From: Bispira polyomma
Lineage: Eukaryota
Assembly: GCA_965649765.1 (NCBI GenBank)
Contig: OZ287749.1
Coordinates: forward strand, 5,766,001 to 5,830,000
Direction: 5' to 3'
Length of the DNA stretch: 64,000 nucleotides
The position numbers and the translations under genes are program-made. The notes below the pieces were generated by a model. The model did no database searches. It was not told the DNA's origin and was given only the letters and a program-made list of their open reading frames with translations. Below, piece after piece: positions 43,801 to 58,800 of this stretch (positions are counted from its first letter, which is position 1; each line of letters starts with the position of its first letter).

Positions 43801-46800
43801 TGTGATATTTACAATATTATTTAACTTTGATAATACAGTATAAAATAAGTACTTTAGTATACAAGAAGTTTAAATATTATTATATATTAATCCAATAACC
43901 TGAGGTAGTACATTGACAATAGACAAGACCACAATGCAATTAACTACACTAATCAAGTCTTAATGACCCTACCCTGCTTGATTCCATTCTTGATATGGTA
44001 CTACACCGGCATTCAATAACGACCTGACCTATAATTTCTTAAACAGGGGACTGTACTAACAATTTCCTATTGCGAGAAACTAAAGGAAAATAAAATACTG
44101 ATTTTTGGGGTGTCAACTGATTTCAGACATACGTAAGATCTGGGAGGATGAAGGGGTCAAAAGGTTCAGATGATTTTAAAATTGATATTGAACAAACATT
44201 AGACAGGAAATTAGAATAGACCAGAGTTGGGAACAGTAACTTACTAATTCTTTATTTAGGTCAGATCTGTTGAACCAATCCAAGATTCATTAATACACAT
44301 ACTTACTATACATATTCATACAATCATGAACACCCATATATTTCAGTTTCAAGCTATAAATGAATGCACATTATCATTGTAATATCACGTAATATTAGAT
44401 TTCAGAAGAAATATACATAAAGCCGTCTTTATTTTATATTTTAGGGGGTTAAAGAAATAGTCAGACATTTCACCTTGCAGCTCCTTTCCCGATGTTTTGT
44501 ATTGCTGTTTTCGGACCCTTTAGTATGGTTTTAAAAGCCTCCACAATGTCATTAAAAGCTGCCTTAATTTCATCCCAGGCCCAGGGTATGGTGGTAGTAA
44601 CAGTGTCCACAATGGCCTGCAAAAAGGGCAATGAAATATGTTATAATCATTATTATCAATGCTGAACCCACACCTCTCAAGATCGACACCGGTATTTAGA
44701 CATTTCACACCAGTGATAATCACACACATACAGCCACACAAAAGTCAGTGTGTCAGAGCAGTGCTTACTACAGTTTGAGAACCTGGAAAGCAATAGATGT
44801 AGGAGACTGTAGAATTGTCATGGATTTTCAAAACTATACACTGTAACACCCCTCGGTATCAACCAGTATGTCTCATTATGGGTGACAAAAAAATGTTTTT
44901 ATTTTGTCATCTCAAATACACTCAGGGTGGCCCCTTCTTTTTAACTGAAATATAAATATAAATTTATACTATAAAAGCTACAGACAGGAATTTAATTTGA
45001 TTTAGTTAGTGCTAAAGTAGCGTTCACACTGTCCACATTCTCTGTCCCCGTTCTCCCCCGTTCTGAGAATGGGTGAGAACTGGAACAAACGTCTGAGAAC
45101 TGGGCATAAACGAGGTTAGAACTGGGGCGAACTGGAGCGAACGGCAAGAACGGGAGCTACAGCCAGAAATTTTGAACATGTTCAAAACTTCCGTGGGAGG
45201 ACGGCTCTGAAAACACATCTTGAGAAAACTTGTGTGATCTGGCCAGAACTGGAGAGAACTTGAAAAAACATAACATAACCTGGGCATAAACAGGGCTAAA
45301 TGGGTCTAAAACAGGGCTAAAATGTGTCATAAACAGGGGATGCAAATATATGCAAATGCAAATGAACATTTTCCTGCCTTTTCTCTCCCGATTGGCCAAG
45401 TTCAGCCAAGTTCTTCAGGTCTTGAGTAAACGGCAATGCCGGGGGGATGCCGGGGCGATGCCGGGGCATAAACTTAGACAATGTGAACGCCCCATGAGCA
45501 TCACATTTAATAGATTTGTATTGTATCACACTTATTATCAACAGCACTTTAGTCCCACAAGTGTTCACCACGTAATGTATGAGATAAAAGGCCAACACCC
45601 CATAGCCCAAAGCCAAGATGACAGCACACAATGACCAGTTACTGGTATAAGATGCCAATACAGGATCTAATTGGTCAAGAATTAGTCCCCAGTATCTTTT
45701 GTAAGAACCATATCTTCAATTCATAACATACAAATTACCCTCCTTATTCCCCCACCATGTTTCATAAGGCAGTACAAGATCTATACTGAATCTGATTGAC
45801 TACAAATTAAGGTAATATTAGTGCACAAGTCAAATTATTTTTTTGAAGTCTCTTAATATTTAAGATGCCCATTTTACTCAGTAGATGGCTCTAACTGAAG
45901 CAAATAATCAGAATTAGTAGGAATATTCTGCACAAGAAATGCAATTTTAGGTCCATTTGTACCAATAAAACATTGACCTCCTTTGTTTTAGTACTGTATA
46001 TAATGTGTGGATTACAATATTCACCATATTTAACAACATGAAATAGAAAAAAGGGCTCAAAACCAAATTGGTTGATCAGTGCTAAGAGAAAACACATTGT
46101 ACATACTCTTGACATGTATATATATACATGTCCATAACTTTTGCAATGAACTGAAGGAAAACCAAAAAATCCAACATCATAGGAGTCGAAACAGTTAAGG
46201 ATTGGTAACCTACAAGGAGCCTGTTAAGCCGAATTGCAAGAGTGAAACATCTCCACTTAAGCAAGATTTCTAGTTAACTGGGTTGTCATAAGTGTACTCA
46301 CATTATACAAAGTCATTACATCTGTCTTGATGTCATTAAACAACGCTATCACTCTCTGCACTAAGTCCTTTATCAGTGTGTACACAGGGGGCAGATCAGC
46401 GTATTCCTCTAAAGCTTTCAGCACCTTTCTCGCCACTTTACGGAGATGTTGGACATCTTTGGGTAGTGCTTTGACAGAATCCACAAAATCTGACCAAATA
46501 TCACCCACGTTGAAGCCTTTCCAAGATGCTGATAAGCCCTTGAAACTGTTAATGGATTCTTTGACGATCTTCACAATTTTCTTGATGTAGTCGTTATAGA
46601 TTCTGGCAAGAGATTTTAAATCCTCATGGCCATATTCCTGGCAAAAAATGAAAATATCACTGCATTTTTTAGTATTATATAGTTAGAATTTAACATATAT
46701 TAAGTGTAATTTACTACATGATGAAACATTTACAAAAATAAACCAAACAATACAAAACTAAATAGAAGATTCTATTCACATACATTTATGTCAGCTTTTG

Positions 46801-49800
46801 CATCACATATTTTACAGGGCCATACGTGACTTACATAACCTCACATAAATCCAGTGGGACCGGGGCTTAAGGGTGGATGAAACCAGTGATAAAACACTCT
46901 TAACCAATGACCTACGACAACTGCCAGAGAAACTTTCATACACGAAGGAACGGAGAGGATTCGAAACTCACATTGGTGAGAGAGGCCAGTGATTGTGAAG
47001 CAAGCATTTCTAACAACTAAGTTCCACCACAACCTAAACTTTAATTAATCAAAACTCTAACTTACCCCCAAGATATTGAGTTCATATTCCATACTTCCCT
47101 TGAAGCAAATCTCAGCTCTGAAGATGTCAAAGTGGAAGGACAGTATTCCGATATGGATGGTGGCCCAGGCTCCATCGTGTATGTCTACTTTTACATGACC
47201 AGCTAATGGAGCTGTGAAAATAAGTAACATTTAGGTTGTTAATTCCTTCTTTTTAGTATCTTTATTCACCCTCGTTGTAAACGCTAAATTAACACTTTAA
47301 ATACCATATAAAGGTAGTAGATATTGTGCTGAGTATAAATTTCAACACCTCAAATGGGTACCATTTTATTTTCCATCAGTCCTGCACAATTGCTATGTCA
47401 GGCAATTATGAAATCCCAGCGAAGTCGGCTGTGGTGTTTGTTTTCGTATCTTTAGCTGTCTTCGGCCTGTCACCCAGAAATTTACCAAATGGGTTACCAC
47501 TGATGACTCACCTATTGCAATGTCCAACAGATTCTTGAACACCAGTCCAAATGAGGCTCCCAGGGATTTGCCTCCAATCCACTTTTGCCAGTCTTTAGAG
47601 GGTGTCTCTAGCTTAAAGTTGAACCCTTTCCAGATCCTACTGACAACCTCTTTCAGCCCTCTCCTCATACGCTGGTGTTCTAAACTTGTCACATTACTGT
47701 ACCTGGAGGTTTAGATAAACAACAAACAAGTTCCTGTATCTGTGTAAACAACAAACATATTACTGTACCTGGAGGTTTAAATAAACCACAAAGAAGTTAC
47801 TGTATCTGTGTAAAGAACAAACATATTACTGTACCTGGAGGTTTAAATAAACAAGAAACATGTTACTGTTCCTGGAGGTTTAAATAAACAAAAAACATAT
47901 TTTTACAATTTATTTTCAGTCATTTTAGTACAATATTGTAAATTTTTTATCAAATAAGTTCCAAATTGCCCAAAATTCAACTTTAAAGTCACGATTTTTC
48001 AAAAAATTCAAACTGGTGTATGAATTGAAAGTGAAGGCCATATATTTTGGTTCCATTTAAGTCGAAAAAATCTTTCATTTTTCTTGTGTTATATGCTTCA
48101 GTACAAATTCTAAATCCAACCAAAAGAGTCTTAAAGTCACACATTTTTCAAAAAAGTTGACTGATGTAATGTCAAGATTGTATCCACTGGTATGTCAAAA
48201 ATAAACAATATTCAAATATAACAGGCAAAAGGAGAGTATAGAACTTGTGCTACATCTATATGTCAAAACTTAATTACCAAATCCTTTAAAAGTCAAACTT
48301 GAAGTCAGCTGTGTTCATAAGATGTAAACATATTACAATGTCAAGGTCATTATTTTGACTATCTTAAACAGTAGAGACAAAAAAAGGTTTTGTTTTCAAA
48401 CTGGCACTATATACAAACTTAAAAGACAACAGAATGTCTTAAAACCTACAACAGCATGTGCCAAAACCTAAGTCTGTGAATAAGCAGTCGACACCGAGCA
48501 ATTTTTTGGAAACCTTTACTCCAGTTTGAAAATTATACATGAGGGATGTTGAGGCTGTTATTAAATTAGTGACTCCATCTATCTGTAACTTATTACCTTT
48601 AGTTACTGGCCATAGTTTTTTCTTTAAAGGGTAAAAATAACAACACCTGTACAATTCCTGGTCAATGAATTCCTGTACATCCCCTCCTCCATGTGGATGT
48701 CTTTTGTAAGCTTGGATGGCATTCCTTCTCACATTGTCTTCTTCATCAGTCAAAGCCACTTGTAACAACAGCTCAGCAGCCTGGAAAATACAGAAAAAAA
48801 ACAGTGTTAAAAGGGGTTTAAATAAATTTTTACAAGGGTAACCAGTAAAATATAGCACCAACAAAGGTTAAAGGTGTAAATTATGTAAACTATGATAAAA
48901 GTTTAAAGGTGTTATCTATCTCAGAATTATACACAATACAAACAATGCACAATATGCAGTAACCAGTTTACTTATCATTTATGTTGTCTATCAGCAATCT
49001 GACTAGAGGAAATTGAGAAAACATGACCTTGGTGAAGGTTACAATTAATTGTATACAATACCACTCACCTCTGGATGTTGATAGTTGGCTATAGCCTCCA
49101 CTGCACTAAACCTGAGCTGCATGTGAGACTCAGTGGTGTTCAGATAAGACACAAAGTAATCGTAGGAAGACGTCTGGCCGGCATTTCCCAGGGCGTAGAT
49201 GTGGACACTCTTCACAGACAAGTGAACTCGCATGTCTTTTTGTGCCATGGTAGAGCGCATCTGCCTGTGGTGGAAGGGGTCTGGTGGGAAGATACAGTAA
49301 AATATCTGTGTAAGACCACCTGTGTATAACGACCAGTAACTGTCTGTGGTGGAAGGGGTCTGGTGGGGATATATAGTACAAACCTGTATGTAAGACAACC
49401 TGTGTATAAAGACCAGTAACTATTGGTGGTAGAAGAGGTCTGGTGGGGAAGATACAGTAAAATATGTGTGTAAGACCACCTGTGTATGAAGACTATTTAA
49501 AATCTTTCTGGGTAATGAGCAAAACAGTCTAACCAATACAGTCCAACCTGTCTAAAGCAACCCCTGATGGAAAATTTTAGTAAAAACTTTGTACAAGAAA
49601 CCTATGTATAAAAACTACCAACTGTCTGGCCAAAAGGTTTGGCCAAAATATTGTAAAAAATTGTGTGTATATTAAAACCAGTAACTGCTTGAAAGTTTTT
49701 GCGGATTAAAAATACAAAACAATGGTAATATACTTATAAAGAGTATTAAAGTATTTGTGGTAAAACGGGTGCGGGGATGTCATGACAGTCGCTCCGGTTA

Positions 49801-52800
49801 GAGGAAGGGGCCATGGTGGCATAGTGGCCTAGCTCTTCCTACACATTCACTGGTCTCCAACCAATGTGGGTTTGAATCCTGTTTGTTTTTTCATGTGGGA
49901 AATGACCTAAGCTGTTGAAAGAAATTACAAACCCAACTAAATTCAAACTCTTTTACGTTTTATGTCAGCATTTTGCTGCATTTTAAACACCTCTACTGCC
50001 GCCCATTTCTCACCCATATACAGGTGCAGTAGAAAGTCTTTTTATTTATTTTTACTCCATATTTAAAAGGTCACACAGGGGCCACCACAGCCCCCCTGCA
50101 GGTCAAAATCCAAAACTTACGTCTCCAGCAGGATGAATGGACCAGTGTATTCACGAAGGGGGATATCTCCCTTAAGTACCCACAATGACATGGTCTCACT
50201 AATGGCTAGGGAGTTGGTCAGGTGATCAGATGGTCCCTGGTTTGACTCCTAATTAGGTGATTTGGTCTGGTGATCTGAAGGTTCCCGCTTCAACTCCAGC
50301 TAATGCCACTAGGTTTTTTGGTGTGGATAACATCCTTTGGATAGATGTGAACACAACATTGCCTACTGATAAAGACCAGGGCTATGTTGTAGGGCTATAT
50401 CTTTTGTAGAATAGGAGGCCACAGTGGCTTAGTGGTTAGAAGCACCTGCTTCTCAATCACTGGCCTCTCACCTGATGTGGGTTTGAATCCCATTTGTTCC
50501 TTCATTTGAGAAAATTTGTCAGGTACTTGCCGTTGGCCGGTGGTTTACAGTGGCTTCAGCATTGGGTTCTTCAATCGTTGAATTTGGCATAAAACCCAAC
50601 TAAATTCCAAATTTTTTTTTACAAAATGAGCTTGTTAGAGGATAATTTGTCAAATTAGGACGCTACATAGATTCTGATTTCGTAGTAATAAAACAAAAAT
50701 ATCACAAACTCCGAAATAGACTCACCATGTACACCCACAAGACCCTCTAGTCTACGAGTCACATGCTCTCCCCAGGTCTGGTTACACTTCATCACCATAG
50801 AAACCATGGCACCAACCACTAACTTGGTCCTGTCGTTGACTTGACTGCTTATGTGGTCATCTGGAAAAATTATTGGTTTAAGCCCTGTTTCCATTAATCA
50901 GTGTCTGTTATATGTCAGTTTTAAGTTAAAATTTTATTATTAGTTGCCTAAATTATAAATTTATTTTGCCATTTTGGTCAGCATTTCAAGTCAAAAAGTT
51001 TCACTTGACTTGACCTGACTGCTGACATGCTCATCTCTGGAAAGTATCATTGTTGCCTTAGGCCCTGTTTCTGTGCATGCATATGTGTTATCAGTACATG
51101 TCATACCTATCAATAAATGAAGCAGAAATGAGTATCATAAATTTATCATTGGTGGTCTGATTTAACATATCCTTCACCACTTTGCTGAGTATATTTTAAG
51201 TTGGAAATTTTGCTGCCCTCAAAATAACGATATAGATTTAAGTAAAGTGTACTTTTCATACAACTTCTATATTAAAAAACGCATCCAAAGCTATTTTTAA
51301 CAGATATACCTGATGCACACAGATGCATGAAAACACTCTTGGGAAAAAAATGACCTAAAAGCAATTTGTTTAGTAGAGAAAAATAACTTGCTCATGGTTG
51401 ACTGTAAAGGGTTTCAATCAAAGTTTATTTATGTTGAATGTTTACTTTATCCTTAAATTTGTAGTTTTTTGTTTGGCTTTCAGCCCAGAGGGAATGCTGG
51501 TGTATAAAACACTACCACAGAGAAAAGCTTTCCTTAAGTAAAATAGAATCTCCATCATTTAAATACACATTGTAATCACTAGTAAATCACCCTAAATAAC
51601 AGATATACGTCCCAGTAAAACATGTACAGTCTGAGTGTCTCAAATGAGGTCATTTATAATGATTCATTGTCACGTCACAATAGCACACAATGCAGTGAAA
51701 CCAGTTAATAATTTTGTTTTGATTTGATAGATATTTAACGTGCCAAATTGATGCCCTGTATGTTCAATACACAGATAACAGAAGCCAGTGAGAAAATATT
51801 CTATATTAATAGCTATAAAAACCTTTTTAAGATGTATATTACTGCCAGGTCTCACCCGGCACATAGACAACTGTACAATAGTGAATCCATCGGATGTAAT
51901 ATCGGGCCTACAGGCTGTCAAAGGCTTAAGTGAAAATGTAAATACCTTCAAAATCCCACGGTTCTTCAAATGCTCGCCATTGTAGCTCATTCAACAGCAG
52001 CTTTAATAAAATAGAAATATCACTCTGTTAATTGGGAAAATATGAATTGATAGCCATCATATTAATTACTACTTTTTTGCAACAAGAAAAGCTTGATAGC
52101 TACAGTTTTCATTTCTGCTTTTTACTTTTCTGCATTTTCTTAATTTTCAAATTCAACTATTAAGGTTAGTTATTTTCAGTGTACTAAACTGACATGATCA
52201 TCTGTTTACATTTACTAAACAGGGTGCCTACCTTGGGTGGACAGGTTTCTAGGTGTACCAGATGTACCAATGCATGCATGACCTCTTTGGCCGTACTGAC
52301 GTCATTGGTCAACACTTCTGTTGTCAATAAATACAGAGCATCTTCTGTCCCTGCTGCTCCGAGGGCGTCAATCATAACCAACCAGCCTTATAGAATGAAT
52401 ATACCAAAAGTATGTCAACAGATTGTATTAAAATTATATATTTTCATATTTATCCACCATTATCTGTACCCATGTCATGTTGTCCTGAAGTTTAATTGCT
52501 GTGCAGTTTATTTTTTTTGTACATTTTAATTAACAAACAGAACAAATATGAGTCTAATAACAAGATTTTAAAATTACATGTTCACGATATGTTTTTGAAG
52601 TGGAGTTATCCAACTTGTTGCGCATGATAACGAAAGCGATTGAGAACTGTAGTTCAAACTTTTAACACCCAAATGTAACCCATTTTTGAAACACAAAGTA
52701 CGCCCTCTGCAATCTTAGTTTAACCTTCTGAAAGCACAACCATTGTAAATGATATGTTAATTCATCTTGAATTAGAACCATTTGTACATTACTATTGAAC

Positions 52801-55800
52801 CCTTAAAATTGTTAAATATAAGTCAACCCTTTTGTCAATTAAACACAGGGACAAAAACTATCGCCAGGGACTGAAGAAAAATTTTGGTAATATGTTTGAG
52901 ATAGCTGGAGTCACTAACACACACCACAGACTATTACCGGCATTCAATAATGGCCCTTTGTATAATTTTTTAAACGGCAAACAATTTGCTATCCTGGGGA
53001 ACTGAAGAAAAGTAAAATAATATTTTTGGGATGTCAACTGATTGCTGATTGATTCTTGGAGTAACAAATGCCATCAATTGCTAGCCTGGAAAATAGGGGT
53101 TGAAAGAGACTTGTGTTAGAGTCCAAGATAAGTACAATTACTGCAACCCCTTTATGAATACTATAAATAGTACCTGATGATAGACAGTCGAACCCCTTGA
53201 TGTAGAACTCTGTTAAGTGATTTCCTCTTTTAATAGGAGAAAATTTTGTTGTCTCACCAAAAACCTTCTCTTTTAAAAATCAACCCTGTAAAATGGAAAT
53301 CTTGTTTAAGTAGAAGTATTTCTCGCGACCTTTTTGAGGTTTGACTTAAAGGGGTTCCACTGTACTGATACTGTTGACTTCACCTTTCTTCTCTTTGTAG
53401 GACAGAATCAGAGTCTTCAAGTCATCAAATGATACTCTTTGTAGGGCAACCCGGATCTGTCGGAAACAGGGGATTGACCGATGGGAATCTGACGAAGAGA
53501 AAAGTATAGATAAATACACAGTAGAAACTCTGTTATCCAAACTTTTGGTGTCTCCAAATTTATATTTATCTAAAGTTTTATACTAAAATGTCTCCTCTAT
53601 TTTATGAACATTCTATTATCCGAACAAAATCCTACTCTCCCAACATGTGTTCGGATAATAGAGGTTCTATTGTACATTCACAAATGTTAGCAATATTTTA
53701 GTGTTCAATTAATTTAAAATTCGGGTCAGTTTAAAACTGAATATGATGAATCATATAGTCAACTCACTAAGTCTATTTACATGTATAACCAATCATTTGT
53801 AATGATATATTGATCTATAAATTAATTCAATGACATTTCATTGACCAAGAATTACAAAATCATGAATTCAATGCACTGTATTTCTTAAATATGCAATATT
53901 TTCCTCGAGAACACACTAAAATAGGCAACATTTTACTTGATTTTATATCTGTTCTTCCTATTATTTCTGATCATACAGAATTCTATCTGAATACACAAAC
54001 AAAGCCAGTGAAAATTGTTTTGAAGTCTTAAGTACTGCTTCCATGCACACATACACGTCATCCATTCATGTCATACGTACACACCAGAAGATTAATCTCC
54101 CTTTGTATGTGGTTGTTTTATGACGTTTCAAATCTTATATAATTTTGGAGCTAATGCTGTTGACAACCTTAAAAGTTTCACATTTTTAATATATTAGTAT
54201 GTCCATATAAATGTTGTGACAATTAATTGTCAATATTACTGTAGTACTGAGCGGAAAAGGTATCTACTGTAAATAGTTTTATGTGGCTAAGTAACATGGC
54301 ACCATCATATATGTATTTCTTTAGACTGTTTCAGGTGTACGTACAGGTTATGTATATTCAGCATACAGATGCCCAAAGTTAGATGAAATATGTATAACTT
54401 TACATTGATCTAAATTTAGTTTGAAATACTGAACAAAATGGCGAAAGTATTTTCAAAATCAGAACCACAAATTAGAAAGTTATTACCTCAAACACAAATT
54501 ATCATTATATACTGTTCCCTACTTCATAATAACGTATGAGGTGAATGGATAACAGACACATGTAAACAAGGCTTATGGTATTACAAATTGTAGTCTTACC
54601 TTTATACTTAAGTACACAACTCATGTTAGATCTAATGATATCTTCAGCTTCAGTGAGGTTGTAGTTATCAGGAGGTATCTAAACAGAAATATACAAGTCC
54701 ACAAATGTCTATTAACATCCCTCAGACTGAGTCCCTCTCCCCACCCGCCCAGAAAAAAGACCAATAGAGGAAATAACAGTTTTCACAGATTAAGATGGCT
54801 TCGGCCTACCCTCAGCTATATCAAAATTTACATTAAATTTGTACAGATTTTACTGGATGGCCAAGATCAATGGTTGGCCGAAGCCAGCACCCACCCATGT
54901 ACTCTTTCTGTGTACATTTACTGACACTAATATACTACATCAAGTTATTATTCTGTACTATATACATCAGTAAACATAATACACAAATTGCAATCACTTA
55001 CAAGCCTATTACAAGACATACAAGGGTCAAGGGAGGCTAATGGTGGAAAAGCCTTGCTAAATAGGTAGGTTTTAAGCTTGTTTCTAAAACCAGCAAGGAG
55101 TCATGATGTATCACATTAGTCAACACCCCCAAGGTCACCTTTGGAAACTGTATTAACCTGTGGTTAAGAATGAAGAAATTTTGTAGGTATTTTTAACTAT
55201 TTTATACACATGACATGTGATTTTTAAAGATATGTTACACTTCCACATATTAACAGCATTTTTTAAATGATAGCCCCCCCCCGTTGAAAAAACACAAAGA
55301 CCCGGGGGCCTTTTTTTCTCAGAAAAAACAGTATGTACACTTTAAATTAGTCCCACAACAAATGAGATTTTCTGCCATAAACTTTTCCCACCTCTGTCGT
55401 CATGGGTTCAACAGTTGCTAGTAGACTTGCTGAAGCTGGGGGATTTTGAGGATCTGAAGGCAATAGCCGCTAGTTTCATTGGTGGGAGGTAAACCTTGGG
55501 CAATATGTGTACATGCGTTTGCCTGGTGGCTCAGATGACCACTTTATATGGCAGTCCTCTGTCAAACGGGGAAATTAGCACTCTAAATATCAGATAAAGG
55601 TAGATATATTGCGCTGATTATAAATATGAACACAAACAAATTCTAGTGAACTGCCCATTAATGGTGATATGACACAAACATCACAAATCTGACAAACTTG
55701 AGCCTCAAGGCTATTACATTAAATCGTCTGTAGATCTTACCAGATCTGCTTTTAGAGTAGTTTCCAGAAGGTCTTCCTTGTTAAACTCTGTCATCAAATC

Positions 55801-58800
55801 TAGATCAGAAGATTCTACACTCTCTAACTTCAGCCTTGATGTGGATTGACTGCCCATAGTTGGGAAGTCTACAAAACATGACACAAAAACAATAATCTTA
55901 AAGAAAGAAAGATGCTTTTAATCAACTGCACTTTAGTCCCAATAAAGTTCACGTTACTGTATGAGATCAAAGGCCAAGACCCTCACAGCCATTATATGCT
56001 AGTTATTGATATTTCTCACTGATCTTATATAGCAAACTTGTAGAGTCTTCTATTTAACATATGTGTACACATGTTCCCTGCATATTAAACAGTGGATAAA
56101 CTCCTCTATCATCCAAACCTGTTGGGAGAGCAAGATTTTGTGTTTGGATGATAGAAGGTTAGTAAACTCAAAGAGGCATTTTGGTATAAAAAGTGCTAGT
56201 GTTTTGAGGAAATCAATTTATTTAAATAATAGAAGTTTGGATAAAAGAGGTTTTACTATGTGTAGTTTGAAAACGCAGCTTTTAATTCAAAGGTGTTAAT
56301 TCAAAGGGCTAAACTAGGAGCATGTCCTGCAAATTATATTTTGGGTGTAACCCATTTGACCCCCAAGGTTGTCAGCTAACAATCGATGGCATTTGTTACT
56401 CCCTCTCACTAGGGGAAATTATTAGTACAGCAGTACACCCCCATTTATAAAAAAATATATGTGAGGCGTTATTGAATACCGGAAGCATCAAATAAAATTT
56501 TGGGGGTGTTGATTGCTTGTCGACAGATATCGGTTCTGGGAGACAGGTTCTAGCTGACAATTTAGGGGTCAAAAGGATTAAATACTTAATAGCACAATAC
56601 TTACTCATAGTGAATTCTGGATCAGCACCTGGTTCACTGAAACAGAAGTAAATACTAATATAAATAATTATTAATAGGACGTAACCTTATTTAATTGTAT
56701 CAGTTTTTTGTGTGCTGCTGAGCAAGCATGTAAATGCCTTAAGTACCTTTTGAATGTTGATGGATTTGAGGAAACCAAGATGACCCAATGTTTTATTATG
56801 CAATTACAATATCAAATCTAAGCTAATCTATAATTCTTTGCAGAGATTGACTCTTTTTTACCTCTTCTCAGAACACACACATATTCCCTCTACCTACAAT
56901 GCACACATCTTCCCTCTACTTACAATGCACACATATTTCCTCTACCTACAATGCACACATAATCCCTCTACCTAAAAAGCACACATATTCCCTCTAATTA
57001 CAATGCACACATATTTCCTTTACCTACAATACACACATATTCCCTCTACCCACAATGCACACATATTTCCTCTACCTACAATGCACACATATTCCCTCTA
57101 CCTACAATGCACACTTATTCCCTGTACAGCACACATTTTTGGGGGGTCGGAGATCTTTAAGATGACTAATTTGTGGGGACATAAAATAAAGCTCTTGTAA
57201 TTCAACCAATTTGCCATCATTAAAAGGGTTTATTGCTGAAATATGGGGTGCAAACTTTTACACTGTAAAAAAATATATTTTGATATTCTTCCAGACATGA
57301 CAAAAAACTTTATTTAGCTTTAATACTTTGTTGATATAAACTCTGTAATGTTTATTATATTGTAATTACAAATTGGTTTTCTTTCTTTTTAAAACACAAG
57401 TACCTTCAAAGTAAGCCTATCTTTTCTGTGCAGAAGGTTTTGTTAACTACTCTTTAGCAACACATGGCATAACACTGAAATAACAAGAATAGCCTTTAAA
57501 AAGGCACGTCAGCAGGCGGGGCAGCAACGGAAGATATTTCTCTGAATGTAGAAGTCAACTTTTAATGCATTACTATTTTAAATATTATTCTTGTTGGCCT
57601 AACCAAACCCCATGGATATCATATTTGGTATTGCAGGCTTTAAGTGTCCTATGAAGTGACTACAGCTGTAATACTTGAAAACCAAATATGTTTTAAAACA
57701 ACAATTAATACTTTTAATATTTTTGTATAGTGCTTATAAACTTGTCTTCACTCAACATACCCATATAGATGACTTTACAAAGGCCTAGACTCATCAAACC
57801 ATATTGACTTGATAAATATTACGTTAGATGACCTATCCTGTTGACGCTAGTTTCTTTATATTGGTATGATGTATTGATTTACTTTACTCATCTAAATAAA
57901 GACTATTTGCCAGAAATTCTCTTGTATTTTTTTTGGGTTTGAAAAGTCTTTGAGAATGCCATCCAATTTTTTGTATAATAACATATGCTAAAGAGCAACC
58001 AGTACACTACATATTCCTGCCACAATGACAAAAATGATTCCAAAGAATTTCTGAATCAACACTTCTACCCAGATCTACTCCAAACTTGACCAGGTTCTTC
58101 AATGGCCTCAAACAATTTCATATCAATCAGTTCTGCACTTTTTAATCCTTTCAACCCCAAGAGAAAACTATTGGTGATAACCGAAAGAAATCTATCCACA
58201 ATAGGTTACAAATAGCTGGAAACGTACACAGCCTACCTATGCCGACATTCAATAACGGCCTCACATACAATTTTTAAATGAGAAAGACTGCTTTACTAAC
58301 AATTTCCTATTGCAAGAAACTGAAGAAAAATAAAATAATACTTTTTTGGGGTGTTGATTGCTTGCCGACATGATAAATATGTTCCAGAAGTAAGAAATGT
58401 TGTTGGCTCCCGGTCGACAACCCAGGGGTCGAAATGGTTGTGTAATCTTGGTGACAAACAAACCAAGGACATGTGTGAAGACATAACTTACTTGGTCGAG
58501 GTCAATATATCTTAGGATTTACTCTAGTAGAACATGTGTGAAGACATAACTGACTTGGTTCAGGTAAATATATCCTAGGATTTACTCTAGTAGAACATGT
58601 GTGAAGACATAACTGACTTGGTTCAGGTAAATATATCCTAGGACTTACTCTAGTAGGACGATTGTGAAGACATAACTGACTTGGTCCAGGTAAATATATC
58701 CTAGGACTTACTCTAGTAGGACAATTGTGAAGACATAACTGACTTGGTCCAAGTAAATATATCCTAGGACTTACTCTAGTAGGATAATTGTGAAGACATA

